NCBI GenBank assembly: GCA_963795585.1
Contig: CAWCIO010000013.1
Location: 336,770 to 400,769 of the forward strand
Direction: 5' to 3'
DNA length: 64,000 nt
Source of the DNA: an uncultured Sphingobacteriaceae bacterium
Lineage (GTDB): Bacteria; Bacteroidota; Bacteroidia; Sphingobacteriales; Sphingobacteriaceae
Made by a program: the position numbers and the translations under genes
The notes under the pieces: generated by a model
The model's input: only the letters and a program-made list of their open reading frames with translations
Told to the model about the DNA's origin: nothing
Databases searched by the model: none
In this document: positions 10,833-19,685 of the stretch, piece after piece
Layout: each line of letters begins with the position of its first letter
Numbering within the stretch: position 1 is the first letter of the stretch

Positions 10833-12008
10833 ACGACGCTGGAAAATATTATATTACATCCCAATCAATTGGTTATCGAGGTCATAACGATCATGCGCGA
10901 GTATGAATTTGATATGTTGCCTATATTTCAAAATGGTAGTTTTGTCGCTGATATTTCATATACAGATCTAATGGACTTTGTAAACCGCAAGGAACGAGGT
11001 CAGAATTTATACTATCATAAAGTGAATTTCGATCTGGGCAGTGCGCTGATCCTGATCAATGAAAACCATAAAAAGAAACAGAGGAAGAATTTGGCCATGG
11101 CTATGGCTGCTGTGGTTGCTGTGGCATTGCTAAGTGTAGGCTGGCTGCTTTTCAGACCTCAATCTGATGCTGGAGTTACAGAAAGTATCCAGATCGTGGC
11201 GGGTTCGAATAAAGCAGTTTTAACGTTGGATAACGGTAGGGAAATTGATTTGAATGAAGCCAAAAGTGGGGTGCTATTCTCGGAATCGGGTGTTGAAGTC
11301 GTTAAATCTGCTGATGGAAAACTTGGATATAAGATCAATGGTGCTCAGACAGCAAGTAAAGTTTTGTATCACTCTATCACTACACCTAAAGGTGGGCAAT
11401 ATGAGCTTGCTCTTGCTGATGGTACAAAGGTTTGGCTGAATGCTGGTTCTACCATCAAATATCCTGCTTCTTTTGCATCGTTGAAGAGTCGATGGGTTTC
11501 TCTTGTTGGGGAAGCTTATTTTGAGGTTGCGAAAGATAAGTTACATCCTTTTCTAGTGAGTACCAAGGGACAACAGATCGCCGTTTTAGGAACACATTTT
11601 AATGTGAGTGCTTATGCCGATGAACCTAATATTAAAACTATGCTTTTAGAAGGATCTGTAAGAATAGATCCAACTAATGAATTGCTTAACAGTACATTGC
11701 TTAAACCAAACCAACAGGCTACGCTGACAGGGAATAGAATTTCTGTGAAGGATGTAGATGCCGAAGAAGCGATCGATTGGAAAAATGGTGAGTTTATTTT
11801 TCGCAAACAGCCACTTGAGCAAGTAATGCGTAGGATAGCGCGTTGGTACAATGTTGAGGTTGTGTATGAGGATGAGCAATTAGGGAAAACACCTATTGGC
11901 GGTTTCTTGTCAAAATCAGAACAATTTACGGAGGTTTTGAAAATGCTGGAACTTACAGCTAAAGTTCAATTTAAGGTTCAAGGAAGAACAGTTACTGTAA
12001 TAAAGTAA
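10833..12008 (+). CDS. fecR: FecR family anti-sigma/transducer protein with CBS-like N-terminus (start codon uncertain: 10833-10869)
   Basis: TM helix, then NKAVLTLDNG, TPKGGQYELALADGTKVWLNAGS, GEAYFEV, VLGTHFNV, WKNGEFIF and a DUF4974-type C-terminus; frame is open back to the TAA at 10824. Confidence 0.9.
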   Translation, partial: TTLENIILHPNQLVIEVITIMREYEFDMLPIFQNGSFVADISYTDLMDFVNRKERGQNLYYHKVNFDLGSALILINENHKKKQRKNLAMAMAAVVAVALLSVGWLLFRPQSDAGVTESIQIVAGSNKAVLTLDNGREIDLNEAKSGVLFSESGVEVVKSADGKLGYKINGAQTASKVLYHSITTPKGGQYELALADGTKVWLNAGSTIKYPASFASLKSRWVSLVGEAYFEVAKDKLHPFLVSTKGQQIAVLGTHFNVSAYADEPNIKTMLLEGSVRIDPTNELLNSTLLKPNQQATLTGNRISVKDVDAEEAIDWKNGEFIFRKQPLEQVMRRIARWYNVEVVYEDEQLGKTPIGGFLSKSEQFTEVLKMLELTAKVQFKVQGRTVTVIK

Positions 12009-15000
12009 TGCGGATATTTCTTGCAGGAATAGCACTTGCACTGGTGCTACAGGGATCTATTGCTTCGGCACAAACTCTGAATATTAAGACTAAAAACATT
12101 TCCCTTGCTCAGTTTTTCAAACAGTTGCGCAAGCAGACAGGATATAATGTGGCCTGGAATGAGGATGAAATTAATGCAGATCAGATACTGGAAGTTAAAC
12201 TGCGTAATCTTCCGTTAAAGGATGCACTGGACCAGGTGCTACCTCCGCTTTCATTGAATTATAGTTTTAATGGAAAAACTATTGTCATTAAGCGTGGAGA
12301 GAGAAAGCCCAATAAAAGTCAATCACAGATCGTAAAGCCAGAAGGTGTCGAGATCAGGCCTATCATTCTCAAAGAAGTGGAAATTGTCAGAACCGGATAT
12401 CAGGAAATATCAAAACAACGCGTGACGGGCAGTTTTGTATTGGTTGATACTTTCCAGTTTGAGCGACGGGTGGGGCCAGACGTGATTTCGCGATTGGAAG
12501 GAATCACCAGCGGTTTGCTTTTTAATAAAAATACCCTTAGCAGCAACTCCGGGAATCTGGACTTATCTATCCGCGGTCGCAGCACAATTTTTGCAAATGA
12601 CCAACCACTTATTATATTAGATAATTTTCCATTCAGGGGAGATTTCAATACTATTAATCCAAACGATATTGCCAATATCACAGTCCTTAAAGATGCTGCA
12701 GCTGCAGCAATTTGGGGTGTAAGGGCAGGAAATGGCGTAATAGTGATTACAACAAACAGAGGTAAATTCGGTCAGCCTCTAAAAGTGAGCTTGAATACAA
12801 ACTATAGTATTTCTGGGAAACCTGATCTTTACTATAATCCCAACTACCTGTCTTCATCAGATTATATTGGACTTGAAGCATTTCTTTTTGAAAATGGCAA
12901 GTATGATGATGTGTTGGCAGATCCGGCAAGCATGCAGATTATCTCACCTGTTGTAAAGCTGCTAAACCGCCGAAGGGAATCCGGCATATCAATCGAATCT
13001 GATTTGGCTACGCTCGGGGAGAACGATATCAGAAAGGAATTCCTTCAATATTTTTATCGCAGGGAGCAGCGTCAGCAGCATGCCCTGTCGCTAAGTGGCG
13101 GGACTGAAAAGTCTAATCATTATTTTTCTGTAGGCTATGACCAAACATTAAGCAGCTTGAAGGAGAACAAAGACAATCGTACAACCCTGAATAGCCAGCA
13201 TACACTTCGACCTTTGAAAAACATGGAGTTGAGTTTAGGTTTAAACTATGTTCGCTCATTATATAGATCGGATAACACAGCTACTGTCGCTTCGGGGCGA
13301 TTGGCTCCCTATTATCAATTTTTGGATGCTCAGGGAAATCCGGCCGTCCTGGAGAATAGTTACAGTTCTGCTTTTAATGAAGCCGCCTTGGACAAGGGTT
13401 TTTTGGATTGGAACTACAGGCCCTTAGATGAACTCGGTAGGTCTCCCAATGATTTGATTGGTAATGATTTAAGGATGAATGCTGGTGTAAAGTACAACTT
13501 TATTACAGGCTTGAATGCGGAACTTAAGTATCAATACCAAAGGATTCAACAAGAGAATCAGAGATTTTCAGGCATAGAAACATTTGAAACCAGAAATCTT
13601 ATCAATAGGTATTCCTCCCTTACAAATGGTGAGGTTAGCGGTTACAATATTCCTTTAGGGGGTGTGTTTAATGGAAGAAAAGAGTCAATGGTATCGTCGA
13701 ATTTACGGGGGCAGCTTAATTACCAGAAGAATTGGCAAAATCATGGCATATCAGCACTTTTGGGATATGAAATCTCAGAATTCGAGACAGGGCGAGCTGA
13801 ATATACATACTATGGTTATGACCAAAAGACAGGTAGTTCGATACCCGTAGATACCCTAACACAATTTGATTTGAACCCAAGTGGAAAAGGAGCTATAAAG
13901 GCAGGATCCAACTTATTTGGTGTATTGGAGCGAATCCGCTCTGTATATGCGAACATTGCCTATAGTTATCTGGGAAAATACATCATTTCCGGAAGCGCCC
14001 GTATAGATGGCTCCAATTATTTTGGGGTGAAGACTAGGCAGAAGAATGTACCCCTTTGGTCGACAGGGGCGTTATGGAATTTGGATCGCGAAGATTTTTA
14101 TAGTATAGACTGGCTTCCGGTACTTAAACTTAGGGCGTCTTATGGCTTTAATGGAAATCTTGAGCGATCAAACACCGGTATTACTACCTTCAAGTACAAT
14201 TTCCTTACAGCTCCCTATACTAACCTACCCTTTGCCGGCATTGTCAATATAGGTAATCCGGAGTTGCGCTGGGAAAAGATCGGAATAGCCAATTTCGGAC
14301 TTGAATTTGGACTCAGGGATCAGCTTTTAGCAGGTAAGATTGAATACTACCGAAAGTATGGCAGGGATATTCTTGGTGATCAGGAATTCCCTTCAAATTC
14401 CGGGATTAGGACCTTAAGAGGGAACTATTCTAAAATTAATGGTCAGGGCATTGATGTTTCGTTGAGTGTACAACCTTTAAAAGGAAGATTAAGATGGGCG
14501 AGTAGTTTTTTACTTTCAGCAGCCAATGACCGCGTGACACTATATAATGTAGCGCCGACCGATAGTAAATATTATCTTGGTCCATATAATAGTATTCCTG
14601 TGCTTGAAAAACCAGTTTTTGGAGTTTATAGTTACCAATGGGCAGGTTTGGACTCTTCAAATGGAGATCCAATTGGTTTTTTAAATGGAAAGATGAGTAA
14701 AGATTATGCGAGCATCTTTAATACAACTTCATTTGCTGACCTGAAATACAATGGTCCGGCTAGGCCTACAATTTATGGAGGATTGGCCAATACTTTTGCT
14801 TACCAGAAATTTACGTTGAGTTTCAATATCAGTTATAAATTAGGCTATTATTTTCGAAAAAGCACTGTGAACTATTATCAAATGTATAATTCAAGCTTCG
14901 GCGGAAATTTAAATACTGACTTTGAACGCAGGTGGAGGAAAACGGGGGATGAATTTTATACCACTGTACCCTCTATGGCCGATTATTCGGAAGATAGCTA

Positions 15001-15274
15001 TCGCGATCTATTTTACGCAAATTCTGGTGCTACAGTTGCAAAAGGTGACCATATCCGTTTGCAAGATGTCAACCTGTCTTTTGACCTTGATCGGTCTAAC
15101 TGGAAGCATATACCTGTAAAGCACGTTCAATTGTATGCTTATGCAAACAATTTGGGTATTTTATGGAGGGCTAATGATTTTGGTATAGATCCTGACGTGA
15201 TTATAAGTCCAAGTGGTAAACTTGATGCTCCTGTACCAAGAAGTTTTTCGCTGGGATTGAAAGCAAATTTCTAA
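12008..15274 (+). CDS. susC: SusC/RagA TonB-dependent outer-membrane receptor with N-terminal STN signalling domain
   Basis: Signal peptide, STN-like segment, TonB-box region LKEVEIV-TGY, plug motif INPNDIANITVLKDAAAAAIWGVRAGNGVIVITT, GNPELRWEK, C-terminal F. Confidence 0.95.
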   Translation: MRIFLAGIALALVLQGSIASAQTLNIKTKNISLAQFFKQLRKQTGYNVAWNEDEINADQILEVKLRNLPLKDALDQVLPPLSLNYSFNGKTIVIKRGERKPNKSQSQIVKPEGVEIRPIILKEVEIVRTGYQEISKQRVTGSFVLVDTFQFERRVGPDVISRLEGITSGLLFNKNTLSSNSGNLDLSIRGRSTIFANDQPLIILDNFPFRGDFNTINPNDIANITVLKDAAAAAIWGVRAGNGVIVITTNRGKFGQPLKVSLNTNYSISGKPDLYYNPNYLSSSDYIGLEAFLFENGKYDDVLADPASMQIISPVVKLLNRRRESGISIESDLATLGENDIRKEFLQYFYRREQRQQHALSLSGGTEKSNHYFSVGYDQTLSSLKENKDNRTTLNSQHTLRPLKNMELSLGLNYVRSLYRSDNTATVASGRLAPYYQFLDAQGNPAVLENSYSSAFNEAALDKGFLDWNYRPLDELGRSPNDLIGNDLRMNAGVKYNFITGLNAELKYQYQRIQQENQRFSGIETFETRNLINRYSSLTNGEVSGYNIPLGGVFNGRKESMVSSNLRGQLNYQKNWQNHGISALLGYEISEFETGRAEYTYYGYDQKTGSSIPVDTLTQFDLNPSGKGAIKAGSNLFGVLERIRSVYANIAYSYLGKYIISGSARIDGSNYFGVKTRQKNVPLWSTGALWNLDREDFYSIDWLPVLKLRASYGFNGNLERSNTGITTFKYNFLTAPYTNLPFAGIVNIGNPELRWEKIGIANFGLEFGLRDQLLAGKIEYYRKYGRDILGDQEFPSNSGIRTLRGNYSKINGQGIDVSLSVQPLKGRLRWASSFLLSAANDRVTLYNVAPTDSKYYLGPYNSIPVLEKPVFGVYSYQWAGLDSSNGDPIGFLNGKMSKDYASIFNTTSFADLKYNGPARPTIYGGLANTFAYQKFTLSFNISYKLGYYFRKSTVNYYQMYNSSFGGNLNTDFERRWRKTGDEFYTTVPSMADYSEDSYRDLFYANSGATVAKGDHIRLQDVNLSFDLDRSNWKHIPVKHVQLYAYANNLGILWRANDFGIDPDVIISPSGKLDAPVPRSFSLGLKANF

Positions 15275-15276
15275 CT

Positions 15277-16665
15277 TTGTTAGGAATCATGGGGGAATTT
15301 AAAAATTGGCTGATTGCGATGGCTGCGCTGTCCTTTTTGGGAAGTTTTACTTCCTGCAGCAAAGATTGGTTGGAGGCAAAGCCAGATAAGTCGCTTGTTG
15401 TACCGGGAAACATAGCTGATTTTCAGTCTTTATTAGACAACACTTCTCAAGTATTTAACATCGCCCAGGCCTCTGGTCTTGCTGAAATTTCAGCAGGCGA
15501 TTTTTACATTACCTATACTTCCTGGGCATCCTTGTTTGGCGTTCAGGAAAAATCTGCTTACATCTGGGAAAAGACTGAAGATTTTTACAAGGGAGAGCAG
15601 AGTGCAGATTGGGTAAATGCGTACGTCCGGATTCTAAATGCCAATGTGGTATTGGAAGGTATCGCCAAAGTAAAAGCGAATCCGGCGGAACAACAGAGTT
15701 GGAATAATGTAAAAGGAAGTGCGCTGTTTTTTCGGGCCTTTGATTTTTTTAATCTTTCTCAGACATATTGTCGGGCATATGAGGAAAGTACCGCTCTAAT
15801 AGAACCGGGTCTTCCACTCAGGCTTGAGTACGATGTAAATATAGTACTGAAGCGCTCCAGCTTGCAAAAGACCTATGACCAGATTACAGGAGACCTCGAA
15901 CAGGCCGCTTCTTTGCTGGGTACAACTCCTTTGTTTAAGACCCGCCCCTCAAAGCAGGCTGTTTTTGCTTTATTGGCCAGGACTTATCTTGCAATGGAAA
16001 AATATGAATTAGCAGGTTTGTACGCAGATTCGGCGCTAAAAATTCAATCAGAATTGATGGATTATTCGAAGCTTGGCAGTAGCGGTACCTACCTAATTTC
16101 CAGGTTTAATCCTGAGGTGATTTTTCACAGTGTTTTTACTTACGGAATCTTCAATATGAACAGGCTGCTGGTAGAACCAACATTGTTTAGTGCTTACGCT
16201 GCAAATGATTTGCGGAAGACGGTATTTTTTACGGCGGTGAGCAGCGGTACGGCTTACAGAGGAAATTATAGTGGAGATAGAACTCTTTTTGGCGGCCTGG
16301 CCACTGATGAGCTTTATTTGATTCGTGCGGAGATGAATGCTCGTAAGGGCAATCTTGAGGTTGCTTTGAAGGATCTTAATTATTTACTAATGAATCGATG
16401 GAAAGGAACTTATGTGCCGATTTCAGGAGATGACCCCGAGTTTGTATTGCGTCAGGTGTTAACAGAACGCAGGAAAGAATTGGTCTTTCGTGGACTTCGC
16501 TGGATGGACTTACGTCGGCTGAATAAAGACTATCGTTTTTCGTTCAACTTGAGTCGAACCTTAAATGGTCAGACCTATGTCCTCATGCCTGGCGATAAAA
16601 GGTATGTATTGCCTCTTGACGAAAAAGAACTTGCCTTAAGTGGTATTCCTCAAAATGAACGCTAA
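15277..16665 (+). CDS. susD: SusD/RagB lipoprotein
   Basis: Lipobox FTSC-SKDWLEAKP; ALLARTYL, ELYLIRAE, ERRKELVFRGLRWMDLRR, PQNER. Confidence 0.95.
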   Translation: MLGIMGEFKNWLIAMAALSFLGSFTSCSKDWLEAKPDKSLVVPGNIADFQSLLDNTSQVFNIAQASGLAEISAGDFYITYTSWASLFGVQEKSAYIWEKTEDFYKGEQSADWVNAYVRILNANVVLEGIAKVKANPAEQQSWNNVKGSALFFRAFDFFNLSQTYCRAYEESTALIEPGLPLRLEYDVNIVLKRSSLQKTYDQITGDLEQAASLLGTTPLFKTRPSKQAVFALLARTYLAMEKYELAGLYADSALKIQSELMDYSKLGSSGTYLISRFNPEVIFHSVFTYGIFNMNRLLVEPTLFSAYAANDLRKTVFFTAVSSGTAYRGNYSGDRTLFGGLATDELYLIRAEMNARKGNLEVALKDLNYLLMNRWKGTYVPISGDDPEFVLRQVLTERRKELVFRGLRWMDLRRLNKDYRFSFNLSRTLNGQTYVLMPGDKRYVLPLDEKELALSGIPQNER

Positions 16666-16707
16666 ATAAGAAGGAGAGGCAGTCCCTACCTCTCCTTCTT
16701 ATTTAGC
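16661..16707. terminator. Long hairpin, likely bidirectional terminator joining susD and the peptide gene
   Basis: GCTAAATAAGAAGGAGAGG (16661-16679) and CCTCTCCTTCTTATTTAGC (16689-16707) form a perfect 19-bp inverted repeat. Confidence 0.85.
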
Positions 16708-16709
16708 TA

Positions 16710-17018
16710 TTATTCAAAATGACCTGGGATTGTCGAATTTGTTATAAATGTAACCCCAGTTAAAGGTAGGGGAGTTCCATCGACACTTGGTATAGGATTA
16801 GTTCCGATGTTCCACTGTGCACTGCAGACGTCTCCTATGGTTTCGCAATGATCGCCGCTATAGTATTCATAACCACGAGGATCGCTTGGGCTTGGATGAG
16901 TCCAGTTTGTTTTATAATAGGTCAATGTAGATCTTTTCTCTTTCGTTTTAAATGCGCTAAATCCAAATGAGAGGACTCCCAGGCCCAAAGCAAATGCTGT
17001 TTTTTTTAGGTTGTTCAT
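16710..17018 (-). CDS. Small secreted two-cysteine protein (DUF6520-like), 102 aa
   Basis: Preferred ATG 17018: MNNLKKTAFALGLGVLSFGFSAF signal peptide, basic linker, then C-x6-C (HCETIGDVCSA). Confidence 0.75.
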   Translation of the reverse strand: MNNLKKTAFALGLGVLSFGFSAFKTKEKRSTLTYYKTNWTHPSPSDPRGYEYYSGDHCETIGDVCSAQWNIGTNPIPSVDGTPLPLTGVTFITNSTIPGHFE

Positions 17019-17091
17019 GTTTAATTTTTGTTTATATAATTGTTTAAAACTCCACCACATTTCTTTTGACAGGCTGCAGCATTTACCTGTT

Positions 17092-17553
17092 TTACGATTG
17101 TAAATTTTTCTCTTTCGTTAGAAGCCCCGTAAATCCGAGTAAAACGAAACCCATATTAAACCAGATATGTTGTTGCCAGGTCATAGTACTGACCACACCT
17201 CCACAATGGCAGGGCAATTTGCTGCCGGAAAAAACCATATAAGATAAATAAATGGTAAATAAGATCATCAGTGCCAGGGATGCATGGATGCTCCATTTTC
17301 TTTTGGTATCCAGGATCAGCAAGAGGCTGATAAGGATTTCGATAATAGGAATGGCCCAAGCCACAAACAAGCTGTAGCTTCCAATGAGTGGTGATTTCGC
17401 AAGTGTGCTTGCAAATGATTTGGTGGTGAATAACTTGCTTGCAGCAGTGTACATAAAGAGGATCAGGAAAGCATAAACGATCAGATCAATAATGATCGTT
17501 TTCGTTTTGGAAGATAAGTGGGGCAGGTGGATTTTGACGGATGTAGTTTGCAT
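17092..17553 (-). CDS. MauE/DoxX family redox-associated membrane protein
   Basis: Four TM helices; LFMYTAASK, IPIIEI, FTIY, LPCHCGG (CxC), WQQHIWFN; preferred ATG 17553. Confidence 0.85.
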   Translation of the reverse strand: MQTTSVKIHLPHLSSKTKTIIIDLIVYAFLILFMYTAASKLFTTKSFASTLAKSPLIGSYSLFVAWAIPIIEILISLLLILDTKRKWSIHASLALMILFTIYLSYMVFSGSKLPCHCGGVVSTMTWQQHIWFNMGFVLLGFTGLLTKEKNLQS

Positions 17554-17636
17554 ATGAATTCTTTTGGAGTTAATGATGAACCAAAATTGCGGTTCATCCA
17601 TTGCAAAAAAAATGTAACTTCCTGCCAAAATATCCA

Positions 17637-18554
17637 TCAATCTGTTGGCAGGATTTTACTGTTTTTCCATCCACAGGGAGGGATTCCGAAATGTTTTTTA
17701 AATGCTTTACTAAAATAATATGGTTCCCTGTATCCAATCGTTTGAGAGATCTCATAAACAGGTTTGTCGGTAGTCATGAGCTGATTTAGCCCATCATGTA
17801 ATCTTATTTTGATAACCTGGGTGTGAAGTGGAATGCCGAAAGCCATTTTTGCAAGTCTTGCCAGGTGTCTTTCAGATACCATAAATCTCGCAGCGAGATT
17901 AGGAAGGTCCTCTACCGCCGTTGAAGCATAATTTTCATGAATAAATTTTGCAATGGCATTAGCTTTATGCTGGTGGTGCAAAAGGGTAATGTGTCTGGAG
18001 GCCAGCTTGCTGTGATATTTGTTTACACAGTCGTTGATGAAGAGATAAAGATCTCTGTCCTGATTAAGATAACAGGTTTTTTCATCGGTCTTTTTGAGAA
18101 GTTTAAACAAATGACCCGCTATTCCGTAGGATGGAAGGGTCACTGGTACATTAGAATAAATGCTGGAACGTTCTATAAAAACCTTTAAATTGGGTAGCTT
18201 TTGGCATTTTTGTACGAACCAATCCTCTTTTAGGTGAATGAGCAGAACCTGGTGTTTTCCTACTGGTACAATTTTATGATATTCACCTGCCGGCCGATAA
18301 GAAATAAAGCAGGAATTTTCATAAAGGTCTGCAGATAAGAAGTAAGATGGCTCTTCAATTTGAAGGTCAAGGTTGAAGTCTTTGTGTAATAAGAAATCGA
18401 ATATTTGTATTTCTCCTATATAATGCTTGATTGACTGCACTACAATCTGCCCTTCGGCAACCGTAAAATTTTTACTATTTGCCATGTCAAGTGGAAGCGT
18501 ACAAAAATCGGGTAGGCAACTAAATGCCGAATTTTCAGTTTTAGCAGAATGCAT
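17637..18554 (-). CDS. AraC family transcriptional regulator
   Basis: C-terminal double HTH: LAARFMVSERHLARLAKMAFG...EISQTIGYREPYYFSKAFKKHFGIPP. Confidence 0.88.
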   Translation of the reverse strand: MHSAKTENSAFSCLPDFCTLPLDMANSKNFTVAEGQIVVQSIKHYIGEIQIFDFLLHKDFNLDLQIEEPSYFLSADLYENSCFISYRPAGEYHKIVPVGKHQVLLIHLKEDWFVQKCQKLPNLKVFIERSSIYSNVPVTLPSYGIAGHLFKLLKKTDEKTCYLNQDRDLYLFINDCVNKYHSKLASRHITLLHHQHKANAIAKFIHENYASTAVEDLPNLAARFMVSERHLARLAKMAFGIPLHTQVIKIRLHDGLNQLMTTDKPVYEISQTIGYREPYYFSKAFKKHFGIPPCGWKNSKILPTD

Positions 18555-18755
18555 GTAAGGATTAGTGTTAGTTACATAAATTACGACCCGAACAATGGAG
18601 TCGTAGTTGACAGTTTCGTAAGTAAATAATCAAGTACATGGATGATAGGTATTAAAATAAGCTTAGTTATCTAAATACTCGTTATGCATAATCATAATAA
18701 AATAAATAATCCGGAAATGGATTTTTAAAGGATTTTCACTTGCAATTGCAGCAGC

Positions 18756-19679
18756 CTAAAGATGCTTTTTGATCAACTGTTTGGTTTTTCTAAAGGATTT
18801 TGATAGCCAGCTTTTTTTAGGTGCAGCCTGTTCCGTTGCGAGACGGGTAAAGAAATTGGCAAATGCATCAAATGCAAGGGCATCTGGTGCAATGTCCGTT
18901 TTAATATTTAGTGGTGATTGAGCTAGAGGCACATCATGACTGTTACTATCCCCACAATGCGTTCCACTACCATCATGACCAATATTATTTACAAGAGATT
19001 TGCCTGGATACAAAGTGAGTTGTTCCTGCAAAAAAGCAGATGCATACCATCTGATATCCCAACACAAAGTATTTCCTGTAGCCTGATCTCTTAACGCTTC
19101 AAAATAGGGGTAGGTATTGTTGAAATCGAATTCTGATTTTAGTCCTTTTTTTATCAGCTGATCTAATAGCTTCATTCCATCAGGCTCAAAGAGATCCCAG
19201 GCTCTTTTCCAGGTAGCCCAACCCCAGCAATCAGCTCCTTTTAGAAAGAAGACTTCTTTTAATTTTTCGTTTACGGGATAAACATAGCCATGTATAGAAG
19301 CCACGGCTTTCTCCTGCTCGTAAAAATCGAGTGCTTCATTCATATAGGTTAAGAACCATTGGGACGTGACCAGGTCGTCTTCTAAAACAATCGCCTTTTC
19401 ATGCTGATTGATGACCTCAGTTACACCGCGAATTACATTCTCATCTACACCCAGATTTTGTTCCCGGAAATGAATATTTACTTTTTTGAAACCATCTATT
19501 GAAGGCAAATAATTCCTTACAGCATCTACCTGCGGTATTGACTGAGAATTTTTTGCCGCATCAGCATAAATATACAATTCGCTTTCCTTAGCAAGTGCAT
19601 TGCTTTGTAATGCTGTTATTGTGCGCTGTGTGTGATCCAGGCGATTGTAAACAAAAAGTATAATTGGGGCAAGGCTCAT
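18756..19679 (-). CDS. GT-A fold (GT2-like) glycosyltransferase
   Basis: APIILFVYNRLDHT, IVLEDDL, CWGWATW, NIGHDGSGTH. Confidence 0.85.
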   Translation of the reverse strand: MSLAPIILFVYNRLDHTQRTITALQSNALAKESELYIYADAAKNSQSIPQVDAVRNYLPSIDGFKKVNIHFREQNLGVDENVIRGVTEVINQHEKAIVLEDDLVTSQWFLTYMNEALDFYEQEKAVASIHGYVYPVNEKLKEVFFLKGADCWGWATWKRAWDLFEPDGMKLLDQLIKKGLKSEFDFNNTYPYFEALRDQATGNTLCWDIRWYASAFLQEQLTLYPGKSLVNNIGHDGSGTHCGDSNSHDVPLAQSPLNIKTDIAPDALAFDAFANFFTRLATEQAAPKKSWLSKSFRKTKQLIKKHL

Positions 19680-19685
19680 GATCCT

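Noticed and set aside
12008-16665. Classical polysaccharide utilisation locus
   Set aside because: No glycoside hydrolase, lyase, esterase or HTCS/SusR regulator adjacent
18582-18605. TACGAC-N12-GTCGTA inverted repeat upstream of the AraC gene
   Set aside because: Only 6 bp per arm; could arise by chance
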